A DNA stretch of 64,000 nt from Macrostomum hystrix (GCA_950097015.1 CATNEN010000001.1:27156001-27220000), one strand, 5' to 3'; shown: positions 10,755 through 22,440, counted from the first letter of the stretch. A program made the numbers and translations. The notes: generated from the letters alone by a model not told the origin.

Positions 10755-11278
10755 AGTTGATATTGCAATGTTGCTGCAATGTAAATTAAAGCCGAGGGAA
10801 AAATTATTGAATGTTGCAACGTCAACGTCGTCAACGTATGCAGCAATGTTGTGCAACGTTGATTTGCAATATTGATTTTTGTTGACATGTCAATGTTGCA
10901 AGTCAAAATATCAACATTGCTGCAATATTTCTGCAATCTAACTGGCGCTGTGGGTATAACATCCATACATTTCATCCGGTTTTCATCCGGAATTGGCTCC
11001 GGTTTCTCATCCGGCTGTAACATCCATACATTTCATCCGGTTTTCATCCGGAATTGGCTCCGCTGTCCCATCCGGCTTCCTCCGCATTACTTATCGGGCA
11101 ATTACCGGACGCATGGCCGGATACCAAACCGGATAAGCGTCATATTTTCTCCACTTTCATCCGTTTTGTAAACTTTTCGTCCGGTTTTTGTCCGTTTTTT
11201 TGCATGTCAATTTGCTATTCGTGCCGGATTAAACTCCGGACAACGCATCAGATAAAAGACGGCTAACTTCAGCCAGGC
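10755..11278. repeat. Clusters of short palindromic subterminal-type motifs (TTGCTGCAA/CAACGTTG; CATCCGG/CCGGAT), probably EnSpm-type ends
   Basis: Many direct and inverted copies of these motifs, with an abrupt junction to Gypsy integrase at about 11280. Confidence 0.45.
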
Positions 11279-11281
11279 GGG

Positions 11282-13330
11282 ACGAACCAAGGGACCAACT
11301 TCACCGGATCCGCCTTCAAGAAGTTTTGCGACTTGTACGGGATCCGACACACTACCACCACGCCGTACAACCCAGCTTCCAATGGACAAGTCGAGAACCT
11401 CAACAAACAGCTGAAGAGTGTGCTGACTTGCCTCCTAGAGCGAGACCACCGCGACTGGGACACCTTCCTCCCAGCCTGCTTGATGGCGCTGCGCTCCGCT
11501 GTCCATCCGGTGACGGGCTATACGCCGCATTTCCTAGTCTACGGCAGAGAGTTTCGTCTACCGATTGACAACACCCTAAAGAAGCTGCTCGAGTACGACA
11601 ACCTGCCTGAGTATGTCAAAGACTTCCAACATCGACTCGACGAAGCAACCGAGCTAGCCAAAAACCGACTGGCCCTACATCAGCAGCTACGAGACGAGCA
11701 CTACTCAAGCCTACCAGCAGCGAAGACGCTCAAGCCTGGCGATCTAGTTTTCATCAACAATCCAACGCTACAACCAGACGAGGCGGCTAAATTTCACCGT
11801 CCTCGGAAAGCCCTTTATGAAGTCGTTGAGCAAAAGGGTGAGGTGGTTTACAAGATCAAACGTAAATTACCCAACCCCCGAGCCCGACGCGATGAGCAGG
11901 TTGTTCACAGACGGAACCTGCTGTTGGTCCCAAGCGCCGACTACGCTCTCTCTGATCCGGAACTCGACGCTAGACCGCAACAACGACGCCGAGGCTCTGC
12001 AGACGGCCCAGGACCCGCGACCCTGCCGACTGTCTGTGAAGGCCCGGATGACTACGACGACGAGGAAGAAGAGCGACCCCTCCGGCGGTGGTACTTCCGA
12101 CCACCATCGACTATGGAGATCCCGCCTGGAGAAGGCCCCACGACAGCACCAGCTAATCAGGCGAGTAATCCTCGGCATGATCCACTGCCGTATGGTGATT
12201 GCCAGGTTTCTTTGTCTGAAATGAGTGTGTCTGTTCCTGCACTTTCTCCCTCTGTTTTTCTTCCACCTCCTGAGCCTCCCTCTCTTGGTGCTCAGAAAGG
12301 GGACGTTTCTTTGCCAATTGATCCCGACGAACATGAACCTCTGGGTTTTCGTAGGCCCTTAAGGGATCGTAGGCAGCTTGATCGGCTAGTTTTAGACCCT
12401 AGGGCGAAAACCTATGTTAGCGGCGTAGCCCGCAGAGTTCGTCGCCTTTTTCCCCGTTCCAGCCTAGCGATGCACTCATCAAAGAGGCAACATTCTTCGG
12501 CGGCTGATGATGAGCCGTCGGGAAGGCGCCGACCGCGAACGGAAGCCACACCGATCGTGGTGCGGGCCATTGGCGCAGCAGCTGGCCAATTCGAGCCTTT
12601 TGGCGGCCCGAGGAACGCTCCTGGCATCCCGGTCCACCTCCGTGTAGGCCACCCGGCGGTGCGTCGCGTGGCACACGAAAACGTGCCGGTCGCTAGCCTT
12701 CGTCAGCGTGATGGCCTGCCCAATCGTCGGCTGTCTAACTCTGCCTCTCGGCCCATGCCACCTACGGAAACCGTCGACCCCGTGTTGCATGGGATCCGCA
12801 TGATTCGCAGGGCCAAGGACACGGCGGCGGCAACCTCGGCAGCAGTTCGTCGACCTCTGTCATTGCTGCACCTAAACATCGAGCCAGTTGTGTCGGTGAG
12901 CAGCACGCTCAACTCTCTTACCCAGTTGCAAGTAAAAATTGAAGCGGTGACGCCGCCACGGACGCCACCCTCGCCTGTACCGGGCATGTTGCTGCCTACC
13001 GCACCGCAAAAAATTTGTGACGCCAGCACCTCGACTGAGGCCGACAACGACACAGCCCAGCTGCGCGACACTGCTGCGCGAGAACTGGCAGCATTGATCT
13101 CCGACGCGGCTCGATTCGACGTCACGTTGGATTTCTATAGCTGGCCTATGCTTCGAGCTGTCCAGGCGTTGACAGTGGCTGGTCAACAAGCCATCTTGGA
13201 CGCCGCCTTGGCCATAGCTCGTCCCGTGCTGCAGCCCGCTCGCCATCCGGTCGCTGCATGGGCGGCCGCCGAGGCCTTCGCCAAAGCGGTGCTTACCCGC
13301 CCGAAGGTGCCAGACGCCCATTTTTTCTGA
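11282..13330 (+). CDS. Gypsy integrase C-terminal part with a long in-frame extension (5' truncated)
   Basis: TNQGTNF (catalytic D changed to N), TTPYNPASNGQVE, W...LP, TGYTPHFLVYGRE, GPY-like ALYEVVEQKGEVVYKI, VVHRRNL. Confidence 0.85.
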   Translation, partial: TNQGTNFTGSAFKKFCDLYGIRHTTTTPYNPASNGQVENLNKQLKSVLTCLLERDHRDWDTFLPACLMALRSAVHPVTGYTPHFLVYGREFRLPIDNTLKKLLEYDNLPEYVKDFQHRLDEATELAKNRLALHQQLRDEHYSSLPAAKTLKPGDLVFINNPTLQPDEAAKFHRPRKALYEVVEQKGEVVYKIKRKLPNPRARRDEQVVHRRNLLLVPSADYALSDPELDARPQQRRRGSADGPGPATLPTVCEGPDDYDDEEEERPLRRWYFRPPSTMEIPPGEGPTTAPANQASNPRHDPLPYGDCQVSLSEMSVSVPALSPSVFLPPPEPPSLGAQKGDVSLPIDPDEHEPLGFRRPLRDRRQLDRLVLDPRAKTYVSGVARRVRRLFPRSSLAMHSSKRQHSSAADDEPSGRRRPRTEATPIVVRAIGAAAGQFEPFGGPRNAPGIPVHLRVGHPAVRRVAHENVPVASLRQRDGLPNRRLSNSASRPMPPTETVDPVLHGIRMIRRAKDTAAATSAAVRRPLSLLHLNIEPVVSVSSTLNSLTQLQVKIEAVTPPRTPPSPVPGMLLPTAPQKICDASTSTEADNDTAQLRDTAARELAALISDAARFDVTLDFYSWPMLRAVQALTVAGQQAILDAALAIARPVLQPARHPVAAWAAAEAFAKAVLTRPKVPDAHFF

Positions 13331-13431
13331 ATGGCGTGGAGTTCGCCCATTGGCACTGAGCCATCACTGTGAAAAAGGGCATCCCTCTGGCCATCTTGGG
13401 GGCTCTGCCGAAATTTTGATTAAATGCGCGG

Positions 13432-14006
13432 TGTGACGCTGAAATTTCATATTTAGTGTGCCATGACTCATGACCCGCATTAAAACTCTAACCCTTTCTC
13501 TTTTCTTTTCTCCCTTTTCCTGCTCTGCTGAATAATTTTAGTGTGCTAATCACAGATTTTGGGCTTGCACGCTCATTGGCTGGGACTGTTTCCGAGAGTT
13601 ATCGATCGCCCTGTTTTACAGTCTGTCTAGTTAATTTAACTAAGGGCTTTAGGCCCGCTCGCGCCCCATTCCCTCTCGCCACCAGTCCTCCTTGTCCTAG
13701 CCTACCTGGTGCTCCTGTTCCTGTTTAACACTGTCTAGTGCCACCAGTTTCTGTCCGCCACACCTCGCTGCCATTCTCTCAACTCGCCTTCGCGCAGCTC
13801 TTATTATCATTACCTTTGCGTGTCATCACCCTTTGTACATTTTGAGCTCCTGCACCTGACTTGTATTAATCCACTGCTTGTTGTGCGCCTCAGTGTTCGC
13901 AAATAAATATTAAGTGCTACCGCTACACCGAATTCTACTCTGTGTGAACTAACTTGGAATCGCTGAGTTATCATCGCCGGACTTGGTTATTTCAAGAATC
14001 GTCACA
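13432..14006 (+). repeat. LTR (TGTGACG...CGTCACA), chimeric and shared between two elements
   Basis: 7-bp terminal inverted repeat. 13560-14006 is nearly identical to 18803-19248, but the first 128 bp differ. AATAAA at about 13902. Confidence 0.85.
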
Positions 14007-14012
14007 CTATTT

Positions 14013-14029
14013 TGGAGGTCCCACCGAGA
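14013..14029 (+). promoter_or_regulatory. Primer binding site complementary to tRNA-Gln 3' end
   Basis: TGGAGGTCCCACCGAGA, 6 nt after the LTR, is the reverse complement of TCTCGGTGGGACCTCCA. Confidence 0.85.
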
Positions 14030-14870
14030 CTCAGACTCTGCACTGCCGGACGCACGACGGTGTTAGCGAGCTCCTGTCTATCGCCTACTGTCTACTGCCT
14101 GTCATCTGTACTATTGTCTATCGCCTGCCTATTGCCTATCGTCTGCCTATTGCCTATCATCTGCTATTACGTGCCGCCTGTATCGATTGTTCATCACCAC
14201 TACCGTCGGCTATTACCTACTGTTTGTCGAGTCTTAAAACGGCCCTTTTAAGGACACCGGGCTGTTTGACCCTATTCACGGCCACCGTCGGTCCATTGTT
14301 CATCGCCTGTTGCCATCGGTTCGCCTGGGGATACCGGCTCGTCGGTCATGGTGATATCAGCAGCTGCACCTGCGGTGACGGCGATCTGGACGATCGCCCA
14401 GTCCCGGATTCGAGCGTGCCAAGCGTGCCGAGCGTGTCGAGCGTGAGCCCGCGGCCGATCAAGGAAGCCGACCGGAACCGAAGCACCCGGTGCGCACTCG
14501 TCGATCCGGTCCCGGCGCCGAGTACGTCGCCCGCTGACAACAGTAGCGTTGAGCTTGACTCCGCGTTCAGGTTACGCTGTGCGCCGATTTTTTTTGTGTA
14601 GGGACTATACCGCCTGACTTGATTAGCTGGGGTGGTTTGCGTGATAGGAATCTCCCTATTAGGCCGTGGTTTTGTGCCCCAGTCAGGCATTTAAGTATTA
14701 GGACGCACTCTCATTCTCTCGCCTTCTCGCCCTGTCCACCCGCCATCGACTTCCGCCGCTTGGCAAAATCGTTTTTGCTGGAATCTTCTTTCGCTCACTC
14801 TGCTCACCTTGCCTAACTGCAGGCCGCTCGTGCCTGACCTTGCTCTTGCACTCTTCGTAGCCGTTTCGCC

Positions 14871-16529
14871 ATGTCCGATAATGGCGACGATCAGGTCCAA
14901 GCCCCACCACAACTCGGTGGAGGCGAAATTGATGCCGACCCTGCCGAAGTAAATTCCATAGGGTCCACCGATCAGCCTGAGGGCGCTGTCGGTGTCAGTG
15001 AGCACGTCTTACTTGCTCAGACTCTGGCTTCTCTTCATAAGATGATAGAGGCTCGTCTTACTGCCCACTCACCGGCGACATCCAGCCTAGATAACTCCTC
15101 GCCGTCAGTGGTACCGAAGCAACCTGAGATTCGCCTTCGGCCGCCACCGGCTTTCAATCCCAAGATGAAATTTGACACTTGGGAGGCTCAGCTCATGTCG
15201 TATATAGCCACCTGCCGTGTCCCAGAGGACCAGCGCTCTGCTGTCCTAGTGTCTCTACTGGCACCCGAGTGTCAGGAAGTCTTCCTCAACTACAGCTGTG
15301 ACCAATTGCCATTCGAATCCGCCATTCGTGTGCTTAGGGAAAGGTACACGGATGCCAAGCAAAAGGATAAGGCATATGTCGAACTAGTTGCTGCTTCTCA
15401 AAGCCATTCGGAACTTATGTCCAAGTTCTTCGATAGATTAGTCTCGTATACCAGATTAGCGGGCCTCTCGCTCACCGAAGCGAAACCCCTGATCAAAGCT
15501 CGGTTCTGTCATGGCCTATGTGACAAGGGGCTTGCCGAAAAGCTTCTCTTGTGGGATCAGGAGACAGATAGTGCGGCCTCTGCTGAAGAACTCATGCAGA
15601 AAGCCAAGGACCTCGTTGGGGTCTACCAGCTCCTAAATATGCCATCTACTATAGCCAGAATTCGCACCGCTGAACCAGATGCCGAAAAAAGGGCTATGGA
15701 ACAACGTGTCGCTGAATTAGAAAGGTTAGTTCACCAACAAGCTGAGGAAATTAAACGAGCTGACCAGACTAGGTTGCCGCCCGTGCAACAGATAGAGCGT
15801 ATGTATCAGACTACACAGAATAATCTCTCACCGCCAAGGCGTCGCCTTGCTCAGCCGCAGCGTAATCTCTCGCCGAAGAGAGAACGACCTTATTATCAGC
15901 CACAGATAAACTCTCGCCCTCCTCGGGCATGCCATAGATGCGGTCGGACGGGCCACTTGGTCGCCGACTGCCCTTCATCACCGCCTAGAATCATTCCTCC
16001 TAATCCAAATAAGGGGAACCAAGGTTCGAAACCGATCCGTGAATCAGGTCTCACGGAGATCGGGACCATAGCTTCTTGGTCATCAAACTTTGGGTTCATC
16101 CAATCCGAACAGCTGCCAGAACAACTGTTCGTCCACGGCAGCCAGCTCTCACCTGAATTAAGACAGCTAGCCGATCAGCATCGTCTGGTGGGAACTAGGG
16201 TGTGCTACCAGAGACAGGTAGACCCCGGTCGCCAACACGATAAGGCTTGTAATGTACAACACCAACCGAAGGATGGCGATCCTCAATGTAGACATTGGGA
16301 TGCTATTCCAGACAAATTTGAATCTAGCTATTTCGTGCAACTAGAAGTAGGTGATTCTAAAATACTAGCTTGTCTAGACTCAGGTGCCACTGCTAGCGCC
16401 ATGGGTGTAGACTTGCGAGATAGATTGGTCGCCGCCGATCCAGTCAACAATGTATTTATGCCTAGTACTTACACCAGCCTTCAATGGATCTACAACCGAA
16501 ATCCTAGGAACGTTGCGTTGCGAAATTAA
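14871..16529 (+). CDS. Gag (capsid-like, coiled coil, CCHC knuckle) + cold-shock domain + protease N-half
   Basis: CHRCGRTGHLVADC (15930-15971). CSD: GTIASW..NFGFI...LFVH...VGTRVCY...DKACNV (about 16056-16260). Protease CLDSGA. Confidence 0.85.
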   Translation: MSDNGDDQVQAPPQLGGGEIDADPAEVNSIGSTDQPEGAVGVSEHVLLAQTLASLHKMIEARLTAHSPATSSLDNSSPSVVPKQPEIRLRPPPAFNPKMKFDTWEAQLMSYIATCRVPEDQRSAVLVSLLAPECQEVFLNYSCDQLPFESAIRVLRERYTDAKQKDKAYVELVAASQSHSELMSKFFDRLVSYTRLAGLSLTEAKPLIKARFCHGLCDKGLAEKLLLWDQETDSAASAEELMQKAKDLVGVYQLLNMPSTIARIRTAEPDAEKRAMEQRVAELERLVHQQAEEIKRADQTRLPPVQQIERMYQTTQNNLSPPRRRLAQPQRNLSPKRERPYYQPQINSRPPRACHRCGRTGHLVADCPSSPPRIIPPNPNKGNQGSKPIRESGLTEIGTIASWSSNFGFIQSEQLPEQLFVHGSQLSPELRQLADQHRLVGTRVCYQRQVDPGRQHDKACNVQHQPKDGDPQCRHWDAIPDKFESSYFVQLEVGDSKILACLDSGATASAMGVDLRDRLVAADPVNNVFMPSTYTSLQWIYNRNPRNVALRN

Positions 16530-17778
16530 ACTAGGGAAACTAACGAAAATACATGTATTTCTAGTGATGGCCGATGCCACTGCCGAAGCCCTTCTGGGCA
16601 TAGACTTCCTTCAGAGTTTCGAGATGATGTTAGATTTCAACTCAAATTGCGTTATGGTAGCCGGTACATCGGTGCCCATCATTGAGAAAGATAATGAGAC
16701 CCTCCAAGTTCGATCTTTCGAAACTCTTTCGCTAGCAAGGGTCGCTGAATGCGATTTCGCTGTAAAATATCGGCCAGGCGCAGAGCGCGTGAATGCCGAT
16801 GCTCTCAATAGACTGCCGACATTCCGGCCCGACCATTCCGATTGTCCCACTTACAGTCGGATTCCAGAATTCCAAGAGAGGTTCAAGCCCAAGGACCCTA
16901 AGTCCAGGGTACCTAAGGAACCCACAGTCCAAATGCGCCACATAAGCGTAAGAACCACGTGCTGTGATGCCACGTGCCAGACCGACACCATCGCGCTGCC
17001 CGCCATCGTGGTGCCCACGCCGAAACCTTTGCTGTCGCCCGAGTCCAATGTCCGATCTGTTGAACCTTCAACCGTTACCGCTTATCCGCAACCTAAACCC
17101 ACTACTGCTAATAACAAGACCGAGACCAAGACCGCCGCTAGACGCCTTGTAGTTACGGAAACTGCAGACGTTAGCCAATGTGAACTTCAGTAACGTAGCC
17201 AACTGAACCATTGCGGAATCACCAAGACGATGTCCGCTCTGAAAGCTCGCTTTGACAATTCTAACCTAGATACGATTACCAAGCGAGTCCCCGCAGAGTG
17301 TAACATTGGTGCGCGGGCGAAAAAGTCAAAGCTCAAAAGGCAAAGGAAAAAGAAAAAGAAGCAGCCAAAAGCCAATCGCTATGGACAAGCCAACACCGCT
17401 GGGTCCTCTTCAAACACACCTAGCCAATCAGACTCTAAGCTATCATCTGACGACTTCAATTTACTCACTCTGCCACACCAGACCACACCTGTAGCCCCGA
17501 CCTCACGTCTTCCGGAAAGAGAGGCGGATGCTGTCGCTGAAACCCTCCCTTCGACCCCTTCGTCGGGAGAGTCTGGAACTGAAACCAGCACCGGAACCAC
17601 TTCCAGTACAACCTCTAGCCCCAGTGCTAGCTCAGAGCAGGAAGAGTTGGTGGAAGAAACTTCTGAATCGGCTGTGTCCGAACCAGTGCCTGCAGTTGAA
17701 GTCAGGACTAGATCAGGACGATTAGTCCGCCCACCAATCAGGTACCGCCCGTACCAAGTCAAACCGCGCTCCTGTTAG
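16470..17778 (+). pseudogene. Protease C-half, RNase H tail remnant and low-complexity tail (frameshifted; stop at 17191)
   Basis: ALLGIDFL; DFAVKYRPG..VNADALNRLP; terminal RTRSGRLVRPPIRY motif typical of pol ends. Confidence 0.7.
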
Positions 17779-18586
17779 GTCTCCGACCTAATTCAGTGGC
17801 TGGGTAGCCAGCACTGAAGGGCCAGTTGTGGCCCTGGGCATTAAACTACCTCCTTCGGCATTAGCAGGCCGACGGTCTCCTGTGGGAAAAGGGAAAACCA
17901 GCGCTGCTGGTCGGCCCTCGAAAGCCGGAGCGCCATGCAGGCGTTTCTCAGCGAGCAAACACATCCAGTCAGCCACACACAGTCGGTCACAAAGCACACA
18001 AGACACCAAGCCACAAGCCAAAGTAAACAAGAAACCAAACCAAGCCAAATCAAGTAACAAAGCCACAAATCAACCCAAGTCACGTAATAGTTCAACATCC
18101 GGTAGGCGCACGCCAACGTGTGCGATCGTGATGCGGTTTTCGCCTCATGGCCTCCTCTGTCATGGCCTCCTCTATCTTTGCCTCCTCTACCCTTGTTCAT
18201 TGCATATCATTTCACCGTCACTTGCTTCACCCTGCTTTTCGCATAGGTATTTGCGCGTGTACTTTGTAATCTTTGTAGTATCCAGCCATGCTGTGCGAAG
18301 CGTGCATCCTCTCCGTTTATGTGGCCCTGTGAGTTGGACCGCAACTCACGCCGCGCCATTCTCACAATTTTTGGTTGTGTCATTTAATCTAGGTTTTGTA
18401 ATGTTGTAATTTTTTGGGTAATCATAATCTATAGTTATATGGGTAGATCCACGCGCCCATATCTGGCCTTGACCTTAGTAATGTGAACTTATGCCTCGCT
18501 CTGTAATACCATTTTCCTCCTCGCTCGCTGTGTTTACCCGTCGCTCGCCATTTTGCTGGTACTCTTTCTTTTTTGGAAGAGGCGAG

Positions 18587-19248
18587 TGTGACGTTGTCAC
18601 TGTCACTGTGAATTGTAACTTACGTACGAATTCCTAATATGTAATAACTTGGGCCGTTTAAATAATGTCTTTTTGCTACCTTCAATTTATCCAGTTCATA
18701 TAATTATTATTCTGTGCGCGCTACTGTAAGTAGACGTGGATGCACACCGCGCTGCCCTAGCTTATTTTCTACTAATGTCTCAAGCTATTCTGCCCTGTCC
18801 AGTGGGCTTGCACGCTCATTGGCTGGGACTGTTTCCGAGAGTTATCTATCGCCCTGTTTTACAGTCTGTCTAGTTAATTTAACTAAGGGCTTTAGGCCCG
18901 CTCGCGCCCCATTCCCTCTCGCCACCAGTCCTCCTTGTCCTAGCCTACCTGGTGCTCCTGTTCCTGTTTAACACTGTCTAGTGCCACCAGTTTCTGTCCG
19001 CCACACCTCGCTGCCATTCTCTCAACTCGCCTTCGCGCCGCTCTCATTATCATTACCTTTGCGTGTCATCACCCTTTGTACTTTTGAGCTCCTGCACCTG
19101 ACTTGTATTAATCCACTGCTTGTTGTGCGCCTCAGTGTTCGCAAATAAATATTAAGTGCTACCGCTACACCGAATTCTACTCTGTGTGAACTAACTTGGA
19201 ATCGCTGAGTTATCATCGCCGGACTTGGTTATTTCAAGAATCGTCCCA
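18587..19248 (+). repeat. 3' LTR
   Basis: Starts TGTGACG after the PPT and ends CGTCCCA. Its 3' ~446 bp match the upstream LTR. Confidence 0.88.
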
Positions 19249-19249
19249 C

Positions 19250-19906
19250 AACGGTCTTATCCTGAAGGTAATCAATTCACAACGAATGCAAGAAGAGACA
19301 ATTCGTTTTTTTATGTCTACAGGTAAGTATAGCCACTTCTAAACAATTTCCTTGCAAGTTTCTTCCAGCGAGCAACAACCTAAAAGAATATTTTCGAAAC
19401 GCTTCTAGATCTGCAGTGCGCTGCGCTGCCTGCACAGCCGACAGCCGCCCGTGATCCGCAGAGACGTCAAATGCAGTAGCATCATTGTGCTTAGTGACAA
19501 CAGGCGAGTCAAACTGATTGACCTTGGTCTTTCAATCAAGCTGGAGCAGTCAGTCAGCCACCTCACGGCCTCCCAATGTCACCAAAGGGCACCTTGCACA
19601 TATTGGCACCAGAGCTGCTGGCACCAGACGATGACAGCTACCCCCACTACAGCAGAGTCGCACATCTGGATGTACGCCCTGCCTCACGCCAGTTTTAACA
19701 ACTTGGTGGTTTTGGCGAGAGTGCTTGATAAAAAGAGGGCGCCCGTAGTTCCCAAAGACTGTTCAGCTGAGCTGAAGCACTTCTACAAACGCTGTACTAG
19801 ACGGACACCCAGGAAGAGAAGCTCAGCGACGACAGAACTGCTGCAGCATGCGTTCCTGACTGAAAAGACAACCCGGCGACACGCTCTTAGATTCGGAAGA
19901 AACTAA
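19250..19906 (+). pseudogene. Ser/Thr protein kinase fragment (degenerate)
   Basis: ICSALRCLHSRQPPVIRRDVKCSSI..VKLIDLGLS (HRD and DFG altered); later CSAELKHF..RC...P.KR...ELLQHAFL. Confidence 0.65.
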
Positions 19907-20499
19907 AAACTGGAGCAATTACTACATTTGCTGTTTGCATGGTATAATCAGTAATTTAATAATTTTTGCGTAAATCATTTCTGTAAATAAAGGAAATTCA
20001 CGGCACGACATGAGGTATGAATGTAATCTACGTATCGATTTTTGTGATTTTATGTCGAAGAGGGAATTACCAGCGTTGTGAAGCGTCTGTGACTCAATTA
20101 GCTTCGTCTCTAGGGTTATTAGTTAAGAATTCAGATAAACCATCAGCTCCGGACCAACCCTACGACCGGACCAGGGCTATTAGTCGAAAGCGCCGTCGAC
20201 CACCTGCAAACCTAATACCTGATGTGGCTGCCTCTAGCAGTTCTAATTCTGTAACCAGTGTGCAGGCTGAAGATGCAGTACCGGCAGTCATTTTTTAAGG
20301 CGAGGAAGTCTTAGTTGTTGCTTGGTGCTTAAGACAAAGACGTGGCATGTTAATTTAAAAAAAATACTTTGTTAAGACTACTGCACTGTTAACTATGGGA
20401 AATCATATACGAAAGTCAAAAGTCAAAATATTCTTCGAACATACTTTCGAAGTCTATTATCTAAGTCTATCGTTCAAAGTCTAAGTCTATCGTCTTTAG

Positions 20500-22440
20500 T
20501 CCCGTCTATCGAACACTTTTTCACTAAGCTAAAGAATGCTAAGTTCGCTAAAGTGGACTTGCGATCCGCATATTGGCAAATAGCATAAGACGAATCCGCC
20601 GAAGAACTGTCCGTAATCAACACATCACGAGGGCTGTATCGCGTCAAGAGACTACATTCCGATCTTAAAGGCGTCTTATCTATCAGGACGACGGTATTGT
20701 CTTCACTGAGAACACTGACGCGCTCAGAAAGCGATTAGCTTCTGTAAAAACCCGACTTGTGTATGTCATCATAAATGAAAGCAAGTGCATCGACCTCTGC
20801 GACGAGATCTCCTTTCTCAGCTTTAAAATATCGGCTGCTGGAATAGCCAGCCAGGCGAACGCCTAGTAGACAAGATAAGACACGTACACGTACAACAAAG
20901 AAGGAAGTGGAGCAGTTATTGGCTTGGTGAATTATTTTGGTCGTCTAATTCCGAACTTCTCTTTTAAAGTCGCGCCATTGAATCGCATCAAGAAGAGAAC
21001 CGAGGAGTTCTGCTGGTCTTTTCCAGTTCGCACGAGCTTTTGAGGATCTCAAACACGAAATTTCTTCACGGACTGTTGTGCAGCCATACAGTCTTGAGAA
21101 GGAGGCCATTCTCACGACGGACGCCTCTAAAGAAGACCTAGCTGGTGTCCTCACTCAGGATGGGCATCCTGTCATATACATTTCAAGAACCATTTCCTCA
21201 ACAGAGGTAAACTATTCCAATATAGAGCGCGAAGCGCTCGCCATCTTCTGGGCAGTTCACCGTCTGCAACACTATCTGCAGGGTCGAAAATTCATCATCC
21301 ACACCGACCACCAACCTCTATTGCGCCTCTTCGGTGGCAGTCTCCCGTTAAACTCGGCGCATCGGCAGTATCGGCGATGTTTTTAATGCAGTTTAATGCA
21401 CTTTCACATTGAGTATCTTCCAGGATTAAAGATCCCCCACGCTGATGCGCTCTTAAGACTCCAATTCAATGAGCCTAGTTTAGAGCCCAGCAACTTTTCA
21501 GCGATTGATTGCTTCACCTTTGAGTCTCCGACGATCAGTCCACAGCGCAATGTATCGGAAATCGAGTCGGACATGCTTCTTAAGTGCATCACCCATCGCA
21601 TCAGGTCCGGTGATTGGAGCAACTGCTCCCAGTCAGAATTGGTCTTTAAAAAGGCCTCGGAAACTTTAACTATAGAGAATGGTCTTTCATACATGCGCCG
21701 CCGGGTGTTAATCGCATTAAGACTTAGGAGAGAGGCCTTCAATGCGGTGCATGACATGCGCTCTGGTGCTGCTGCTGCCTATACTCATCTAGCCCAGACC
21801 TGCTGGTGGCCTGGAATGCAACGAGACGTTGAGCAATACGTACACTAATGCCCGACATGCAATGAGTTAAGACCTCGATTAGGAAAATCTCTTGATGTTT
21901 GGCCTGGAGCTACTGCTCCAGAGAGTGAACATAGATTAGGCGTTCGAGCCTGAATTGGGCAACATTCTCATCATCGTTTGCGTTTTCTGGCTGGATTGAG
22001 GCATTTCCGACTAAAGACAGGTCTGCCGACTGTCACCAGCTCTTTGCGCGAGTATTTACTCGATTCGGCGTCCCTGAATTAGTTGTCTCTGACAACGGTA
22101 CAGAATTAAGGTCCGCCCCTTGCTACAATGGCTCGAATGAAATAGGGCTCAAAATATGGAGATTCCACCGTACTCTCAACAGTCGAATGGTTTGACCGAG
22201 CGCTATGTGCAAACAGAAAAACGAGCACTACGGACATAGACGCAACGGCTCACTCACTCTAATTTCATCGCATTTTTGTAGAAAGTGCTGCTGCATCACC
22301 GCAACTCATCAACGGCACGCGGCTAGACGCCTGCAGAACTCGTATTTGGACGACGCCTTTGTGTACCTGTCATTAGAACCTTCCAACAGGGCGACATCGT
22401 GCGCTACAAGCCCAGATCTGATGCTCAATGCTCCCGAGTA
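20500..22440 (+). pseudogene. Decayed Gypsy pol (RT, RNase H, integrase fragments)
   Basis: KVDLRSAYWQI, LTTDAS, NYSNIEREALAI, HTDHQPL, HADAL, WWPGMQRDV, VSDNGTE, SNGLTER; many stops and frameshifts. Confidence 0.85.

Larger units (their letters stand above)
13432..19248 (+). mobile_element. Non-autonomous Gypsy-type LTR element (gag-CSD-protease; no RT or integrase)
   Basis: LTR, PBS, gag/PR ORFs, polypurine tract GGAAGAGGCGAG at 18575-18586, then LTR. Confidence 0.85.

Noticed and set aside
16450-16480. Programmed gag-pol frameshift
   Set aside because: The shift falls inside the protease after the DSG motif and no slippery heptamer is evident; more likely a mutation.
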